The notes below the pieces were generated by a model. It was not told where the DNA came from. It searched no databases and worked only from the letters and a program-made list of their open reading frames with translations. From an uncultured Chloroflexia bacterium (lineage in GTDB: Bacteria; Chloroflexota; Limnocylindria; Limnocylindrales; CSP1-4), in contig OY970218.1 in NCBI GenBank assembly GCA_963713975.1, positions 1,632,001 through 1,696,000 on the forward strand: a stretch of 64,000 nucleotides of DNA, read 5' to 3'. Both the position numbers and the translations under genes were made by a program. Positions 9,196-19,253 of this stretch are shown here, in pieces (within the stretch, counting starts at the first letter, position 1; every line of letters begins with the position of its first letter).

Positions 9196-10959
9196 ATGCC
9201 GACCTTCGACGACGCCCTCCACTCCATCGACGTCCGCTTTGTCCGTCTCCGGGACGAGTCTCAGATCCCCGGCGTGGCCTGGGGCGTGATCCGCGGCAGC
9301 GTGCTGGTCCACGCCGGTGGGTCGGGGGTCACCCGTCTCGGCGACGACCGTGCGCCGGACGCCGACACCGTGTTCCGGATCGCGTCGATGACCAAGTCCT
9401 TCACGGCCGCGACGATCCTGCTCCTGCGCGACGAGGGCCGTCTCGGCTTGGACGAGCCCGTGGCGACGTACGTCCCCGAGCTCGGGACGTGGCGCCCACC
9501 GACGACGGACGGCGCACCCGTGACCGTGCGCCAGCTGCTCACGATGTCGGCGGGCCTGGCCACCGACGATCCGTGGGGCGACCGCCAGCAGGGACTGCCG
9601 CTGGATGCCTTCGCGGAGCTGCTCGGGTCTGGCCCGGCATTCGCCTGGCCACCCGGAACCACATTCGACTACTCCAACCTTGGCTACGGAATCCTCGGGA
9701 GGGTGATCACCAACGTGGCCGGCCGGGAGTACCGGGAGGTCGTGCAGGACCGGATCCTCGCGCCATTGGGCATGACCGCGACGGCCTACCTGGCCGAGGA
9801 TGTCCCGGAGGCCCGGCTGGCACACGGATATGTCCGCCGCGATGCGACCCTCGTGCGCGAGGGAACGGACGGCTACGGTGCCCTGGCATCCATGGGCGGG
9901 ATCTTCTCGTCCGTGGAGGATCTCGCGCGGTGGGTCGCCGGACTTGCCGATGCGTTTCCCGCCCGTGACGACCCGGAGGGCGGCCACCCGCTCAGTCGCG
10001 CCACGCGGCGCGAGATGCAGCAGGTGCAGCGCGCGTTCGGCACCGTCGTGGCAGCCCACGCTCCCGATACAGAGCCGGCAGTGGAGACCGGCGGCTACGG
10101 GTTCGGCCTCTTTGTCCACCGGGACCTGGACCTCGGGACCGTGGTGAGCCATTCCGGCGGCTACCCGGGCTTTGGCTCCCACATGGCGTGGCATCCCGGA
10201 ACCGGGCTCGGCGTCATCGCCCTCGGGAACCTGAGGTATGCCCCCGTCCGCCCGGTCGCGACCGAGATGCTGGCGATGCTCGTCAGATCAGACGCCGTTC
10301 CGCGCCGCGCGGTGGTGACCACGCCGGCGGTCGAGGCGCTTCGCCCACTTGTCGAAGGGCTGCTCCGGCACTGGGACGACGGGATCGCGGACGCCACCTT
10401 CGCCATGAACATGGATCTCGACGAGCCGCGCGATCTGCGGCGAGCGGAGGTTGAGAAGATCGCCGCCGAGCTGGGCCCGTTCCACCCGGACCCGGGGCGG
10501 TCGTCACGATCAGCGTCGCCCGCGGACCTCACCTGGTGGCTGCGCGGCGAGCGCGGCTGGGTGCGTGCATCGATCCTCGTGACACCGGAGCCGGTGTCGC
10601 GCCTCCAGCGGCTGGCCCTCCGGGCGGTGGGCGATCCGTCGCCGGCCATGCTTGGTACGGCGGAGCGAGTCATTGCGCTGGCTGCCGATCCTGCACCGGT
10701 GTGGCCATCCGACCTGATCGTCAGCGAGACGGTGGACCCGGCGGCCGTGGTGTCGTCCCTCCGGGCCGCCGGTGCCCGCTTTGGGGTGTTGCGGCTCGGC
10801 CTGCCGATCGACGGCGACGGATCGGGATCGTCCACGTTCGAGATCGAGGGCGAGCGGGGACGCCTCGAGCTCAAGGTCGTGATCGACCCGGCGTCGGGCG
10901 TCCTGACGTTGCTGACGCTCCTCGTGCCCGCCCGGGAGACTCCTGCCGAGGCCTGGTGA
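9196..10959 (+). CDS. serine hydrolase, beta-lactamase class C / AmpC-like family, with C-terminal extension
   Basis: FRIASMTK (SxxK), YSN, HSGG. Confidence 0.9.
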   Translation: MPTFDDALHSIDVRFVRLRDESQIPGVAWGVIRGSVLVHAGGSGVTRLGDDRAPDADTVFRIASMTKSFTAATILLLRDEGRLGLDEPVATYVPELGTWRPPTTDGAPVTVRQLLTMSAGLATDDPWGDRQQGLPLDAFAELLGSGPAFAWPPGTTFDYSNLGYGILGRVITNVAGREYREVVQDRILAPLGMTATAYLAEDVPEARLAHGYVRRDATLVREGTDGYGALASMGGIFSSVEDLARWVAGLADAFPARDDPEGGHPLSRATRREMQQVQRAFGTVVAAHAPDTEPAVETGGYGFGLFVHRDLDLGTVVSHSGGYPGFGSHMAWHPGTGLGVIALGNLRYAPVRPVATEMLAMLVRSDAVPRRAVVTTPAVEALRPLVEGLLRHWDDGIADATFAMNMDLDEPRDLRRAEVEKIAAELGPFHPDPGRSSRSASPADLTWWLRGERGWVRASILVTPEPVSRLQRLALRAVGDPSPAMLGTAERVIALAADPAPVWPSDLIVSETVDPAAVVSSLRAAGARFGVLRLGLPIDGDGSGSSTFEIEGERGRLELKVVIDPASGVLTLLTLLVPARETPAEAW

Positions 10960-10966
10960 GTCGCCG

Positions 10967-11905
10967 TCAGGCGACAGGCGTCCCCGGCGGGAGATCGAAC
11001 AGCGCCGGGTCGGCCTGGTGGGCCCGGAGCAGGGTGAAGATGAACCCCATCCGCTCCTGGTACGACTCCCAGTCGGGCGCGTCGCTGTCGATGGCGGACG
11101 TCAGGTCCTGCCCGAAACGCACGGCCAGTGCCAGTGCCTCTTCGTCCGCCAGGGTCATGAGGTCGGGCGGGAACGGCAGGCCGCCCAGGTAGGCGGGCGG
11201 CGGAACATCCCGATCCAGCTCCAGGACGCCCTCCGGGATGTGGATCCCCATGTGACTCGTGGCGGCGATGGCGACGATCCACCGGCCGGGGATTGCTGCC
11301 CGCACATAGGGGTCTGCAATCACCTGTTCGTGGGCTCCGATCGACACGTTGGCCACGAAGATGCGCTGGGCGCGGCGCCCTGAGGCGTCAGGTGAGGCCC
11401 GGCCCGGTCCCCGCTCCAGCACCAGGGCGTCCGCGTACGCTGTGAACGCCCGGATGAGGTCCGGGCTCGAGGCGAGCTGGGGATGGGCGCACAGTGTCGC
11501 CAGGGCGTCGCGGACGGCATCCGGATCCAGAGGGATCGCCGCCAATGGCGCCATGGCACGCACGAACCGGACGAACGGCGGCGCGACGTCGCGGAAGATC
11601 GCGGCGTTGCCGTCGGCAACGGCCCGGGTCACGCCGTCGCCCAAGAGGCGCCGCAGGGGTGCGGGCACCGCCTCCGCCGAGATCGACCGGCGTGCCTCCG
11701 CGCTCGCCCATTGCCCGAACGTGAGCCAGTTGGCCTGGTCCCGGCCAAGGATCGTCGCCATCGCCTCGGACAGGGCGTGGTACCCGCGGGTGATCGCGGC
11801 GTTCCGTTCGAGCGGGTCCGCGATCCCCACCGCCCACTCGACCGTACCGGCCTCCAGGTAGGACGTGGCGAGCGGGTCGCCGTCGGGCTCCGGTGCGACG
11901 CCCAT
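10967..11905 (-). CDS. hypothetical protein (possibly DUF2515-like)
   Basis: RNAAITRGYHALS...ANWLTFGQWAS; ATG sits 2 nt after the stop of the upstream ATPase gene. Confidence 0.7.
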   Translation of the reverse strand: MGVAPEPDGDPLATSYLEAGTVEWAVGIADPLERNAAITRGYHALSEAMATILGRDQANWLTFGQWASAEARRSISAEAVPAPLRRLLGDGVTRAVADGNAAIFRDVAPPFVRFVRAMAPLAAIPLDPDAVRDALATLCAHPQLASSPDLIRAFTAYADALVLERGPGRASPDASGRRAQRIFVANVSIGAHEQVIADPYVRAAIPGRWIVAIAATSHMGIHIPEGVLELDRDVPPPAYLGGLPFPPDLMTLADEEALALAVRFGQDLTSAIDSDAPDWESYQERMGFIFTLLRAHQADPALFDLPPGTPVA

Positions 11906-11907
11906 CC

Positions 11908-12549
11908 CTACCGCCACAGATCGGGTGCGGTGACGGTCGCTCCGGTGACCTCAGCAAGCCGCTCCAGAACCCCGAACCAGTCGAAGCGGCTCGTGATCCC
12001 TGAGGCCCGGAGCGTGACCAGCCGCCCGTCGGGCACCAAGTCGGGCAGGACGCGGTCGAGGATGGCCTCGATCTCGTCGCGGAAGGCGTCGCTCGTGGAC
12101 CTGACGCCGTCGGCCTGGAGGGCCACGTCCGGGAGCAGGCGGACGACCAGGTCGTAGGTCTGTGACCAGCGGCGGACGAGGGGCCCGGCGTCGAAGGCAT
12201 CGGTGCCGCCGCACGACCGCAGGTAGTAGGCGTAGTTGTCCATCACGCCGCGATCCGTGACCAGGACATCCGCCTTGCGGGCCAGCTCCAGCTCCTGGCG
12301 GATCTGCGTGACCAGCACCCACAGCTGCGCCTCGCCGGTGGCGCCCTCGTTGATCCCCAGGGGGTTGTCGCGCACGACCTCACGGCCCAGCTCCACCGAT
12401 CGGCCGGCTCTCTGGACCTCTGCGGCGAACGCGAGCAGCGCGCTCGTCTTGCGGATTCCATGGGAGCCGATGAACGAGATCTTGACCGGACGCGGCCAAG
12501 GGGCGGGCGCGAACGGTGCGGCTGGGGGCAGCTTGGGCTTCCGGGGCAT
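11908..12549 (-). CDS. small P-loop NTPase / nucleotide kinase-like protein (AAA_28/NadR-like)
   Basis: KISFIGSHGIRKTS, EVVR, LVTDRGVMDNYAY, DGVRST; TACGCT 6 nt upstream of the ATG. Confidence 0.8.
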   Translation of the reverse strand: MPRKPKLPPAAPFAPAPWPRPVKISFIGSHGIRKTSALLAFAAEVQRAGRSVELGREVVRDNPLGINEGATGEAQLWVLVTQIRQELELARKADVLVTDRGVMDNYAYYLRSCGGTDAFDAGPLVRRWSQTYDLVVRLLPDVALQADGVRSTSDAFRDEIEAILDRVLPDLVPDGRLVTLRASGITSRFDWFGVLERLAEVTGATVTAPDLWR

Positions 12550-12774
12550 GAGACCAGCGTATGCCCGAAGTCGACGCCGCGTGGGCGATGCCGGCGGTCC
12601 GCTACCCCGCCCAGGCGCCCCGACCCACGTGCGCGGGACGCACGGATTCTGGTGCCTGATGCCGCGGCCGTGCGCGCTCTGCACGGCGAAGATGCTCTCG
12701 GAGGTCATCCGGGACCAGCGTCGGTCGTCGTCGTGCGCGACACGCACGCTGAGGTCAGCCGCGGACGAATGGGT

Positions 12775-12824
12775 GCTTCGCGCCCACGGCGTCGGGCAGC
12801 TTCGCGCCCACGGCGTCGGGCAGC
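12775..12824. repeat. perfect 24-bp tandem duplication
   Basis: gcttcgcgcccacggcgtcgggca x2, no spacer. Confidence 0.9.
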
Positions 12825-12856
12825 GCCGACACGCACGGCGTCAGACCCACGGAATC

Positions 12857-12888
12857 CAGCGGCCCCGGCGTCGCCGCCGGGGCCGCTG
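12857..12888 (-). terminator. 14-bp stem-loop after pntB
   Basis: cagcggccccggcg-tcgc-cgccggggccgctg, about 22 nt after the stop codon. Confidence 0.65.
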
Positions 12889-12910
12889 TGAATGTGCGAG
12901 GAACCAGGCG

Positions 12911-14332
12911 CTAGAGCGCCTTCACCGCGCTGATCAGCTCGGTCAGGCCCGCCTTCGCATCCGCGAACAGCATCCCGGTCTTGGGGTTCGTGTAGAGCTC
13001 GTTGTCGATGCCCGCGTACCCGCGCCCCATCGAGCGCTTCATCACGATGATGTTCCTGGCGTGGTCCACGTCCAGGATCGGCATGCCCGACACGGGCGAG
13101 CCCGGGCGGCGGGCCGCCGGGTTCGTGACGTCGTTGGCACCGATGACCAGGGCCACGTCACAGCGGTCGAACTCCGGGTTGACGTCCTCCATCTCCTTGA
13201 GCTGGGGATAGGGGACGTTGGCCTCCGCCAGGAGTACGTTCATGTGCCCCGGCATGCGGCCGGCCACCGGGTGGATCGCATAGCTGACGCTGACGCCCCG
13301 CGACTCCAGGAGCTCCGCAAGCTCGCGCACGCCGTGCTGGGCCTGGGCGACCGCAAGGCCGTAGCCCGGGACCACGATGACGGAGGACGCGTAGGCCAGC
13401 TGGATCGCCGCGTCGTCCATGGACACCTCGCGGACGGAGCCGCCGGGTCCATCGACGGCTGCCTCGGAGCTGTCGCCACCGCCGAACCCACCGAGCATGA
13501 TGTTCATGACGGAGCGATTCATGGCGTCGGCCATAAGCTTGGTCAGGATCGCGCCGGAGGCGCCAACGAGGGCACCGGCGATGATCAGCAGCGGGTTGTT
13601 CAGGACGAAGCCTGCCATCGCGACTGCGGTGCCCGTGAACGAGTTGAGCAGGCTGATCACGACCGGCATGTCGGCGCCGCCGATGGGCAGCGTCATCGTG
13701 ACCCCGAAGACCAGGGCCGCGGCGAGGATCGCGATCATCACGGCCAGGCTGTAGTTGCCGGCGAACAGGTACAGGGCACCTGCCACCACGACGAAGGCCA
13801 GGGCTGCCGTCACCAGTCGCCCGCCCGGGATCATCACCGGCCGTGACGGGGTGATCTTGAGGCCCATCAGCTTCCCGGACGCGATCAGCGAACCGGTGAA
13901 GGTGACCGAGCCGATCACGATGTCGAGCACGGTGGCAACGTTGTACTGGAGCCCTGGGGTGCCTGCGTGGCGCAGGTACTCGTCGATGGCGATGAGGGCG
14001 GCCGCGCCGCCACCGACCGCGTTGAACAGCGATACCAACTGTGGCATCGCGGTCATCTTCACTGTGCGGGCGGAGTAGAGGCCGTAGCCACCACCCACGG
14101 CGATGCCGAGGAGGATGAGCACCCACCCGATGGGGTTGAACGAACCTGTCGGCGGCAGCACCAGCAGCCAGAACGCGGTGGCGGCGATGGCGAGGGCCAT
14201 GCCGCCCGCGGAGATGAGGTTGCCCTGGCGGGCCGTGGCGGGTGAGTTCATGCGGCTGAGGCCGATCACGAACGCTACGGCGCTGGCGAGCCAGACGAGG
14301 CGGACGATGGGATCGATGACGGCGGCGTCCAT
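12911..14332 (-). CDS. pntB: NAD(P)+ transhydrogenase beta subunit
   Basis: KMTAMPQLVSLFN, IGGADMPVVISLLNS, HPVAGRMPGHMNVLLAEA, IGANDVTNP. Confidence 0.97.
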   Translation of the reverse strand: MDAAVIDPIVRLVWLASAVAFVIGLSRMNSPATARQGNLISAGGMALAIAATAFWLLVLPPTGSFNPIGWVLILLGIAVGGGYGLYSARTVKMTAMPQLVSLFNAVGGGAAALIAIDEYLRHAGTPGLQYNVATVLDIVIGSVTFTGSLIASGKLMGLKITPSRPVMIPGGRLVTAALAFVVVAGALYLFAGNYSLAVMIAILAAALVFGVTMTLPIGGADMPVVISLLNSFTGTAVAMAGFVLNNPLLIIAGALVGASGAILTKLMADAMNRSVMNIMLGGFGGGDSSEAAVDGPGGSVREVSMDDAAIQLAYASSVIVVPGYGLAVAQAQHGVRELAELLESRGVSVSYAIHPVAGRMPGHMNVLLAEANVPYPQLKEMEDVNPEFDRCDVALVIGANDVTNPAARRPGSPVSGMPILDVDHARNIIVMKRSMGRGYAGIDNELYTNPKTGMLFADAKAGLTELISAVKAL

Positions 14333-14340
14333 GGTCACGG

Positions 14341-14649
14341 CTAGCCCTCCGCCTCGTCGGCCTTGGGTGTCGCCGGCTTGCGCCGGAACATCTGGAGCAT
14401 CCGGTCGGTGACGACGTAGCCGCCGACGACGTTGAGGGACGCGAACGCGACGGCCAGGAACGACAGGACGTAGGCCACCGGGTTGTCGGCCGTGACCGCG
14501 ATGATCATGGCGCCCACGAGCACGATCCCGTGGATCGAGTTGGCGCCCGACATCAGCGGCGTGTGGAGGGTCGCCGGGACCTTGGAGATGACCGCGATCC
14601 CGCACAGGATCGCGAGCACGAAGATCGTGAATGCGAGGTCGATGTTCAT
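14341..14649 (-). CDS. pntAb: NAD(P)+ transhydrogenase alpha subunit part 2
   Basis: KVPATLHTPLMSGANSIHG, NVVGGYVVTDRMLQMF. Confidence 0.95.
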   Translation of the reverse strand: MNIDLAFTIFVLAILCGIAVISKVPATLHTPLMSGANSIHGIVLVGAMIIAVTADNPVAYVLSFLAVAFASLNVVGGYVVTDRMLQMFRRKPATPKADEAEG

Positions 14650-15809
14650 GCGCTGCCTCCGGCCGGGGCCAGGAGCTTCTGGACGGGCTCAGACACGACC
14701 GCACCGGCGTGGGTGATCACGGTCGCCTTGGTGACCTCCTCCTCGAAATCGAGGTTGAGGCTTCCGTCCTTGACCATGTTCAGGAGCAGGGACGAGATGT
14801 TGCGGGCGTAGAACTGGCTTGCCGACAGCGGCATCGAGGCGGGCAGGTTCTCCGGGGCGACGATCGTGACGCCGTTGGCGCTGGCCACCGTCTCGCCGGC
14901 CACCGACAGCTCGCAGTTGCCGCCCAGGTCGCTGGCTGCCATGTCCACGATCACGGACCCGGGGCGCATCGCGCCGACCGCATCCGCGGTCACGAGGACC
15001 GGCGGCTTCCGTCCGGGCACCTGGGCCGTGGTGATCACCACGTCCTGGCTGGCGATGACCTCGTTGAGCTCGGCCTGCTGTGCCGCTCGCTCATCCGCGG
15101 TCAGCTCGCGGGCATAGCCGCCGGCTCCCGTGGCGTCGATCGAGGTCTTGAGCTTGACGAACTTGGCGCCGAGGCTCTGGGCCTGCTCGGCGGTCTCGGG
15201 GCGCACGTCGTAGGCGGCGACGACGGCACCCAGCCGGCGCGCGGTGCCGATGGCCTGGAGGCCGGCGACGCCGATGCCCAGGATCAGGACATTCGCGGGC
15301 TTCGCCGTCCCGGCGGCCGTCGTCAGCATCGGGAAATAGCGCCCGTACGTGTTCGCGGCGATCAGGACGGCCTTGTAGCCGGCCGTGTTTGCCTGCGAGG
15401 ACAGGGCGTCCATCGTCTGGGCCCGGGACAGCGTCCGCGGGATGGCATCCAGGCTGATCGCGGTGACGCCGGCGGAGGCCAGCGTCTGCATCAGGACCGG
15501 GTCGAGAAGCGGCGTGAGGAGCCCCACGACAGCCTGACCCGGTCGCAGCCGGGCAGCCTCAGCAGCATCCGGCTTCTGGACGCGGAGGATGACGTCGCAG
15601 GCGGCATACAGGTCCGGGGCGCTCACGATCGTCGCACCGGCGTCGACAAACGCCTGGTCCGGGATCATGGCGCCGGCGCCGGCACCGACCTCGACGAGGA
15701 TCTCGAGCCCGGCCGCTGTCAGCTTGCCGAGCCCCTCGGGCACCAGGGCGACGCGCCGCTCTCCGTGCGCGGTCTCCCCGGCGACGCCGACCTTCATGGG
15801 CATCACCAT
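14646..15809 (-). CDS. pntAa: NAD(P)+ transhydrogenase alpha subunit part 1
   Basis: ERRVAL, RAQTMDALSSQA, GIGVAGLQA, GGNCELS; ATGA overlap with pntAb. The exact start may be 6-12 nt later. Confidence 0.96.
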   Translation of the reverse strand: MVMPMKVGVAGETAHGERRVALVPEGLGKLTAAGLEILVEVGAGAGAMIPDQAFVDAGATIVSAPDLYAACDVILRVQKPDAAEAARLRPGQAVVGLLTPLLDPVLMQTLASAGVTAISLDAIPRTLSRAQTMDALSSQANTAGYKAVLIAANTYGRYFPMLTTAAGTAKPANVLILGIGVAGLQAIGTARRLGAVVAAYDVRPETAEQAQSLGAKFVKLKTSIDATGAGGYARELTADERAAQQAELNEVIASQDVVITTAQVPGRKPPVLVTADAVGAMRPGSVIVDMAASDLGGNCELSVAGETVASANGVTIVAPENLPASMPLSASQFYARNISSLLLNMVKDGSLNLDFEEEVTKATVITHAGAVVSEPVQKLLAPAGGSA

Positions 15810-15959
15810 TCGTAAGGGACACAGGGGGTGGATCGGGGAAGTCTACCGGAGCAACCGATCCGGGACCGTTGCGAGCGGGTTTCGGGCCCGGTGCGGGCGC
15901 GGGTCAGCCGCAACCGCCGCGCGACGCGGCACGATGGTGGCCTCGGGACCGAGCCTTCG

Positions 15960-17261
15960 TCAGGCTGCGGCGGGCCCCCGCCAGGTGCAGATGCCGCCGC
16001 CCCGCGCCTTTGCCTGGTACATGGCGGCGTCCGCATGCTGGCGGACATCGGGCTCGAAGTCCCGTTGGCCGGGCACAACCAGCGCCACGCCGATCGATAC
16101 CCCGACCACCTTCTCGCCATCGTCGGTGGCATACGGCGCCGTGACGACATCGTGGATGCGCTGCGCCAGGTGCTCCGCTGCGGCCGTGTCCCGGACACCG
16201 GTGAACAGGACCGTGAACTCGTCGCCTCCATGGCGGCCAACGGCGTCCGTCACCCGCACGGAGCGCCGGAGTCGCTCGCCGACCGCCTGAAGGACCTGAT
16301 CGCCGATGAGGTGGCTGCGGGGTCCGTCGTTGATGGCCTTGAAGCCGTCCAGGTCCAGGAACAGGTAGGCGGCCCCGTCGACGCCGCGTCGGGCCCGCTC
16401 CGCAGCCTGCGCGGCCCGGATCGCGAACGCACGGCGGTTGAGCAGCCCCGTGAGCTCATCGCGGCCCAGCTGGCCAGCATCCGCGGCGGCGTGCCATAGC
16501 GTGAGGACGACCACCGTCAGCAGGGCCGGCGCCCACCAGCCGGCGGACACCCAGACCACCACGAACAGCCAGCCGAGGAGCGTCTCGGCGACGGCGGTGC
16601 GGCGGAAGGCGCCATCGAGGAGAGCCATGGAGTCGCGGGGGCCGATGCCGTCACGCAGCACGACCACGCCCGCGGCGATCGCGGCAGATGTGACGGCAAG
16701 CACGGCCGTCCCGGCGATCCCTGCCAGAAGCCAGCTGACCGGCCCGACGGCCAGCCCCATCGTCCCCGCCAGTTCGAGCACGGCCTCCAGCACGAGGCCG
16801 CCGGCAAGGGCGGCCAGGACAAGGCCGGCGTGGTTCGCGAGAACCCCATACCAGGGTGCCTCCCGCAGCTCGCGCCGGTCGACCGTGCCGATGGCGGCCA
16901 CCCAGATGCCGGCCACCGGACCACCGAGCACCAGGGCGGCGGCGATGAACGGGAGATGGAACGAGAGGGTCGCGTGGCCGCCAGGATCCCGCAGGATGCG
17001 CGCGCCGCCTGCCAGCGCGAACAGGATCCACACGGTGACGCCCGCCGCACCGGCGATGGAGGCATCGAGGCCGGGGATCTCGACCGGCTGGCGGAGCACC
17101 GGTGCCTCCGATGCCAGCGCGAGCGCAACGGACGCGGCGAGCAACGCGAAGCCGGCGATGATCGTCACCGCCGTGTACGCGCCCAGGACGGCCGTGCGTC
17201 GCGGGACCGTCAGGTGAAGCCGGTCGGCGCTGGGCGCGCCCCGGGCGAGGGTCAGGCGCAT
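15960..17261 (-). CDS. multi-pass membrane diguanylate cyclase
   Basis: Many TM segments, then DELTGLLNRR, DLDGFKAIND, RVTD I-site, GGDEF; GGAGG SD before ATG 17261. Confidence 0.9.
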   Translation of the reverse strand: MRLTLARGAPSADRLHLTVPRRTAVLGAYTAVTIIAGFALLAASVALALASEAPVLRQPVEIPGLDASIAGAAGVTVWILFALAGGARILRDPGGHATLSFHLPFIAAALVLGGPVAGIWVAAIGTVDRRELREAPWYGVLANHAGLVLAALAGGLVLEAVLELAGTMGLAVGPVSWLLAGIAGTAVLAVTSAAIAAGVVVLRDGIGPRDSMALLDGAFRRTAVAETLLGWLFVVVWVSAGWWAPALLTVVVLTLWHAAADAGQLGRDELTGLLNRRAFAIRAAQAAERARRGVDGAAYLFLDLDGFKAINDGPRSHLIGDQVLQAVGERLRRSVRVTDAVGRHGGDEFTVLFTGVRDTAAAEHLAQRIHDVVTAPYATDDGEKVVGVSIGVALVVPGQRDFEPDVRQHADAAMYQAKARGGGICTWRGPAAA

Positions 17262-17739
17262 GTGACCCTCCGTCGGAGGGCCATCACCCGGGCCGGCACG
17301 AGCGTGGGCGCGCACATCCGCGCCGTCGCGCGCGACGCGTCGGCCGCCACGGGCTCTCCGGTCGAGATCGGCATGTCCTTGGTTCCTGCCATCGTGGTCC
17401 ACCGGCATGCAATGCCGTAGGTAAGGAATACCTGCCGCTCTGGCCCGAAACACCTACCCGGTGGTCCTGCGGGAACGGAGAATGTGCGCCGGCGCACCAG
17501 GGATCGTGTCCTCGAGCCGCCGATGGTCCTATCGGTCGGCAGGTGGGTACTACCGCCGGCCGGACAGGGGGTCATGCCGCACGACAGGAGCCGGCCAGTG
17601 AGGGCGTGGACGGGCCGGCGATCGCCCGTCCGTCACCGTTCTGGCCCCGCCCACGGCCCCACGATGCCTCGCGGGCACATGCGGCGGGCATGCCCGGCCG
17701 GTCTTTGCGGCGAATGGCCACATACCCCACCATGGCTGG

Positions 17740-19176
17740 GTGAACGAGCCCCCCTTCGACCCCAACGCCGCGTCCGCCACCGCGGACGGCTCCATCGAGT
17801 CGACTCTCGCGGAAGAGCCCGCCTTCGACGACTTCACCGAGCCAGCCCCGGTTGAGCCCGCCCCGGCCCCTCCGGGTGGCAGCGCTCGACGCTCGAACCG
17901 GGTCGCCGTCGGTGGGCTCATGGCCCTGATCGTGGCCCTCGCGTTCGGTGGAGGACTCGCAGTGGGTCGCGCGACGGCGCCCGCAGGCGATGGCACTGCC
18001 GCCGTCCCCGTGGCGACGGTGGACCCCTCCGCCCTGGTGCCCACGCCGATCGCATCGGCTCCGCCGGCACTCGAGTCCGAGGGCAATCGCCTGGGCAGCG
18101 CGAACGCCAAGGTGGTCATCGACTACTGGGCCGACTACCAGTGCCCGTTCTGTGCCAAGTTCGTGCAGGAGACCATTCCCCAGCTGGAGCCGCTGATCGC
18201 GGACGGCACCGTGGCCCTGGTCCACCACGACTACGCCTTCCTCGGCCCGGAATCCACGGCGGCGGCCATCGCGGTGCGCTGCGCCGGGCGTGAGGGCAAG
18301 TACTGGCCGATGCACGACGCCGTCAACGCCGCCCAGGGCGGCGAGAACCAGGGTGCGTTTGCCCGGGCGCGGCTGCTGGAGGTGGGTGCGTCGATCGGGC
18401 TCGACCCCGAGACGCTCAATGCCTGCATGGACGACCGGTCCGTGATGGTCGAGGTTCTCGACGATATGGCTGCCGGGTTCAGGACGGGCATCGAGTCGAC
18501 ACCGACCATCGACGTCAACGGCAACCGCTTCACGGGCGTGCCGGACATGTCCAGGCTGACGGCCGCCATCGATGCTGCGGTCGCAGGCGCCACACCGGCC
18601 CCGCTGCCGACGGCGAAGCCGGCGACCGATCCCTGGTCGGGAACCGCCACCAGCGGGCGCGAGGCCGGCGATGCGGCCGCACCAGTCACGGTGCAGTTGT
18701 GGATGGACTACCAGTCCACCGACTCCGCCGCGGTCGCCGAGGATCTCGGGCCCGAGCTGCGAACGCGTGTGGCGGAGGGAAAGGTTCGACTGGAGCTGCG
18801 CGATCTCGCCCAGCTGGGGGACCAGTCGGTCATCGCCGGGCAGGCCGTCCGCTGTACGGCCGCCCAGGGTGGTCCGGCCTGGTTCGTCAACGACATCCTC
18901 TCGGTGTCGGCGCAGGGCGCGGATGCTGGGATCTACACGGCCGACAACATCGTGCGCCTCGCCTCCCAGCTGGGCCTCGACGTCAAGGCCATGGATGCCT
19001 GCCTGGTCGACACCGCGCTGGCGCGGGCGGTGACGGACGAGACGGCGACAGGCCAGACCATCGGCCTGGAGGCCGGGCCCTCGATCGTCGTCCTCAAGGG
19101 CGGGAAGGAGGTCGCCCGCTTCAGCGGCGTGCTGGACGTGGCGAAGGTGCTCGCGGCCATCGACGGAGGCGGCTGA
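17740..19176 (+). CDS. membrane-anchored tandem DsbA/thioredoxin-fold protein
   Basis: TM anchor; domain 1 DYQCPFC...STPT; domain 2 DYQSTDS...AGPS. Confidence 0.87.
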   Translation: MNEPPFDPNAASATADGSIESTLAEEPAFDDFTEPAPVEPAPAPPGGSARRSNRVAVGGLMALIVALAFGGGLAVGRATAPAGDGTAAVPVATVDPSALVPTPIASAPPALESEGNRLGSANAKVVIDYWADYQCPFCAKFVQETIPQLEPLIADGTVALVHHDYAFLGPESTAAAIAVRCAGREGKYWPMHDAVNAAQGGENQGAFARARLLEVGASIGLDPETLNACMDDRSVMVEVLDDMAAGFRTGIESTPTIDVNGNRFTGVPDMSRLTAAIDAAVAGATPAPLPTAKPATDPWSGTATSGREAGDAAAPVTVQLWMDYQSTDSAAVAEDLGPELRTRVAEGKVRLELRDLAQLGDQSVIAGQAVRCTAAQGGPAWFVNDILSVSAQGADAGIYTADNIVRLASQLGLDVKAMDACLVDTALARAVTDETATGQTIGLEAGPSIVVLKGGKEVARFSGVLDVAKVLAAIDGGG

Positions 19177-19253
19177 GCCCCGGATCGAGCCAGCGAACGT
19201 GCCCTGGGCCGAACCGCGTTCCCCGTCCCGCGGATGCTCCGGGAGGTCGGTGA

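Noticed and set aside
7750-10194. Long antisense and alternative-frame ORFs (814 aa here; also 46165-48246, 47676-49778, 26856-28766)
   Set aside because: Shadow ORFs expected at very high GC; they overlap well-supported genes and carry no motifs.
12550-12747. N-terminal extension of the P-loop NTPase ORF
   Set aside because: A -10 box directly before ATG 12549 and poor protein-like composition favour the shorter start.
12775-12824. 24-bp direct repeat as a CRISPR array
   Set aside because: Two adjacent copies, no spacer, no cas genes.
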